The notes beneath the pieces are model-generated. The model was given only the letters and a program-made list of their open reading frames with translations, had not been told where the DNA came from and made no database searches. DNA of 64,000 nucleotides from positions 83 through 64,082 of the forward strand of contig CAAGCY010000014.1 in the NCBI GenBank assembly GCA_900768465.1, given 5' to 3'. The DNA is from Alphaproteobacteria bacterium. Lineage in GTDB: Bacteria > Pseudomonadota > Alphaproteobacteria > CAAGCB01 > CAG-977. Positions 61,596 to 64,000 of this stretch are shown in pieces; the first letter of the stretch is position 1; every line of letters begins with the position of its first letter. Both the position numbers and the translations under genes were made by a program.

Positions 61596-62800
61596 TGACG
61601 AATCTCCGTTACGGCTTCGCGGCGCAGTTCGCGCATACGGCGCGCGGCGGCGGTTTCCAGCGCCTGCGTTTCCAGTCGGGCTTTAATCGCTTCCTTGGAC
61701 GGCAAAGGCGACAGCTTTTCAAACGCGCACGGCATTAAAATCAATTCCCCGCCGTCGATTTTTATCGGCGCGGTCGGATGCTGCAAAGGCGTTTTTTGAA
61801 CGGCGGCGGCAATCGGCGGCGGCAGTTCGGACAGCGGCACCGTCCCCAATCTGACGCGCGGCGTCGTGTCCAGCCGTTCGCTCAATCCCGCGAATTGATT
61901 GCAAGCCCCCTTTGTCAGCGTCAATTCGCGCAAAACCTGCGCGCGTTTTTGAAAACCGTCGGGCAAGAACAACTGCACCAAACGCACGGCATCCTGTTCT
62001 TTCATTTGTTCGGGGGAACGCACGGCGCGCAAAGCCAAAATCAAGTATGCCCCCTTGACGCGAACGGGAGAACTCAACTGTCCCGCCTGCATCAGCTCCA
62101 ATTCTTCGCGCGCGGCATCGTCCAAAGCCGATTCTGCAACCCAGCCGATAAAGCCGCCCTGCGCCGCCGAAGGAGATTGCGAAAATTTTGAAGCCAAGTC
62201 TTCAAAGTTCGCTCCGTCGCGCATTTGCATAATCAGCTGCATCGCCCGACCGTAAACGGCGCCGTCGTCTTCATCCGCCGCGACGGGCAGCCTGATTTCC
62301 GACAGCAGGTATTGCTTTTCCTTTGTTTGAGCGGTCAGCTCCGCCAATTTGGCGGCGATTTCCGCTTCCGTCGGTTCACTGCGCCGTCCCGCGGATTTGC
62401 GAATCGCGCGGACAAACAGCAAATCGCTTTCGACCTGTTCCGCCAGCACGTCGGCGGACAGCCCTTTGACTGCCATTTTCTTTTGCACCGTGTCGAAGTC
62501 CAACCCGTTTTGCTTCAGCGCTTCTTTCAAAGCCTGCCCGACCTCGGCTTTGGAAACGGTTACTTCCAGACGGGCGGCTTCCTGCCGTTTCAGCCGTTCG
62601 TCCACCATTTGATTCAGCAGCTTGTCGCGGATGTCGCGGCTTGCCGTGTCAATGCCGTTCGTAATGCTCAACAGCTTCAGCCGCTGTTCAAAATCGCGCT
62701 TGGTAATGATGTCTTCGTTGACTTGCGCCAATATCTGCGTTTGCGCGCAGACGGGAACAATCGGAAACATCATCAAAAAAAACAGCAACACCAGCCGCAC
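61592..62800 (-). CDS. SurA-like periplasmic chaperone / peptidyl-prolyl isomerase
   Basis: 402 aa with a signal peptide, between lptD and rsmA (conserved lptD-surA-(pdxA)-rsmA arrangement; pdxA absent here). Confidence 0.65.
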   Translation of the reverse strand: MRLVLLFFLMMFPIVPVCAQTQILAQVNEDIITKRDFEQRLKLLSITNGIDTASRDIRDKLLNQMVDERLKRQEAARLEVTVSKAEVGQALKEALKQNGLDFDTVQKKMAVKGLSADVLAEQVESDLLFVRAIRKSAGRRSEPTEAEIAAKLAELTAQTKEKQYLLSEIRLPVAADEDDGAVYGRAMQLIMQMRDGANFEDLASKFSQSPSAAQGGFIGWVAESALDDAAREELELMQAGQLSSPVRVKGAYLILALRAVRSPEQMKEQDAVRLVQLFLPDGFQKRAQVLRELTLTKGACNQFAGLSERLDTTPRVRLGTVPLSELPPPIAAAVQKTPLQHPTAPIKIDGGELILMPCAFEKLSPLPSKEAIKARLETQALETAAARRMRELRREAVTEIRQ

Positions 62801-62814
62801 GAAAGTACTCCCCT

Positions 62815-64000
62815 TTACAGGTTGAATATGCCAAACGGTTTGAATTCCAACCCCAATTTGAACGATACGCCGTTTTGATAGTCGCGGTCGTATGTGTATT
62901 CTTTTTCAATGCCCGTTTCTATCGCGAAACATTCGTCCTCGTAGCGCGCATATCCGCCCGTTTCCAAAACACCGCCGCCATCGGACAGATTGACGCGCTG
63001 ATAGAACTTGACACTCCAGTACCGCGTCAGATGCGATGTCAAAGTATAAGTGATTTCTTCGCGCGTGTCGTAATCGGAATAAGAAGACAAACGGCTTTTC
63101 AAATACATGTACGACACGTCCGCCCTCAGCAAAGCGTTGCCGACACCCAAAGACAGACTGCTGCGGTTCAGGGCGTACGTTTTCCGGTCCATACGGAAAG
63201 CGTAGCTTAAGTTCAGGAAAGAATTCGGATACAGGGCGATGCGTCCGACCAAATCGGACGTTCTGTCGTACAGTCCCGAATCGACGGGAAATTCTTCGCG
63301 GTTTGAAAAACGGTAGCTTTGCCCGATTAACGCCGAAACGTGTCCGCCGTTTTTGCCGTACGCGCTCCACTGTATACCGTAATTGACGCGCGATCCCGCT
63401 TCGTAGCGATCGTACCCGACAAAGCGTTTTTCGCTGAACAGGTTTGTGTCGTCAAAGTCCAAATCGTTGCTGTCTTCGTTCGGAATTTTATCCGACGGCT
63501 GCGTGTTCGGCGCGACAACGCCCATCACTACGGGTTCCAGAATTTGCGTTACGCGTTCGCCGACGCTGACGAACGGATACGACACTTTCAACGACGCTTG
63601 CGGATGAAAAGACGCGACCTCCCCGTCAAACGTCCGCCGTCTGCCGTCCTTGACATAAGTGTAATCCTTTACTTTGTACCCGTTGACCAAAGCCGTCGCG
63701 TCAAAGCTGTATGCCGCGCCCCAGTCGGCGATTCCCGGCAAATGGTATCCGCCTTCCAGCGACAAGCGCGAACTGTCGTCGCCGATTTTGCGGGTCAAAA
63801 CGGCGGAAGACGCGCCGACGCTCCAGTACCCGCCGAAATCCGCGTCCGTGTTTTGAGCAAACGTCATTAACGGAAAAGCCCGCGGCACGGTGTCGTCGTT
63901 GACGTTTGCGCGCATATTGCGGTAGTACGCTCCGCCCGCGTAAAAATAAACATCCGAAGTCAGCGCTTCGAATCCGGCATCCGACGTCAGCCACGGCGCA
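62815..64000 (-). CDS. lptD: LPS-assembly protein LptD, C-terminal part (gene continues past the right window edge)
   Basis: Beta-barrel-like alternating pattern ending ...FKLGLEFKPFGIFNL. The frame stays open beyond the track's internal Met at 63915. Confidence 0.75.
   Translation of the reverse strand, partial: APWLTSDAGFEALTSDVYFYAGGAYYRNMRANVNDDTVPRAFPLMTFAQNTDADFGGYWSVGASSAVLTRKIGDDSSRLSLEGGYHLPGIADWGAAYSFDATALVNGYKVKDYTYVKDGRRRTFDGEVASFHPQASLKVSYPFVSVGERVTQILEPVVMGVVAPNTQPSDKIPNEDSNDLDFDDTNLFSEKRFVGYDRYEAGSRVNYGIQWSAYGKNGGHVSALIGQSYRFSNREEFPVDSGLYDRTSDLVGRIALYPNSFLNLSYAFRMDRKTYALNRSSLSLGVGNALLRADVSYMYLKSRLSSYSDYDTREEITYTLTSHLTRYWSVKFYQRVNLSDGGGVLETGGYARYEDECFAIETGIEKEYTYDRDYQNGVSFKLGLEFKPFGIFNL

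Overview
64-kb window of a GC-rich (by eye about 55-60% GC) proteobacterial chromosome. Synteny (lptD-surA-rsmA, ruvCAB-yebC) suggests an alphaproteobacterium, but that is inference. It splits into three blocks. (1) Core block, 1-20.7 kb: an edge-truncated HExxH protein, ruvB/A/C, yebC, a YmdB-like phosphoesterase, 5-formyl-THF cyclo-ligase, a probable 6S RNA, zapA, epmA/efp, suhB-like, an OmpA-like gene followed by a MotA/MotB-like pair, rpmE, a class III adenylate cyclase, DUF2207, a nucleoside phosphorylase and an esterase. (2) A 36,531-bp Mu-like transposable prophage, 20771-57301. Its junctions are exact: 5'-TG...CA-3' termini, 5-bp target duplication CCAAA, and repeated GACA-N3-ATTTTTAGAC end sites. 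The phage map runs right to left in window coordinates: repressor / ner / transposase A / B / early genes / gemA / mor / late head, tail and lysis genes / com-dam. (3) Core block, 57.3-64 kb: tRNA-Thr(CGU), mnmA, folD, DUF167, yggT, rsmA, surA-like and partial lptD. The most interesting content is accessory cargo inside the prophage. There are three visibly AT-rich morons: a 637-aa GHKL ATPase with a C-terminal PD-(D/E)xK-like motif between mor and the late genes; a 275-aa HEPN/Abi_C-like gene with its own promoter, operator and terminator at the phage end; and a 134-aa membrane protein on the opposite strand. There is also a six-gene translationally coupled cluster of tiny ORFs, one of them DUF2829/Tad2-like, in the slot where Pseudomonas Mu-like phages carry anti-CRISPR operons. 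Other signals include a 35-bp box repeated upstream of both late operons, six 10-bp-phased ATCC repeats in the transposase-proximal end, a G10 tract at the 5' end of a duplicated glycine-rich fibre gene, a canonical -1 frameshift heptamer in the tail chaperone gene, and a probable ATT start codon in a host gene. All functional calls come from reading the translations and sequence. No database search was run.
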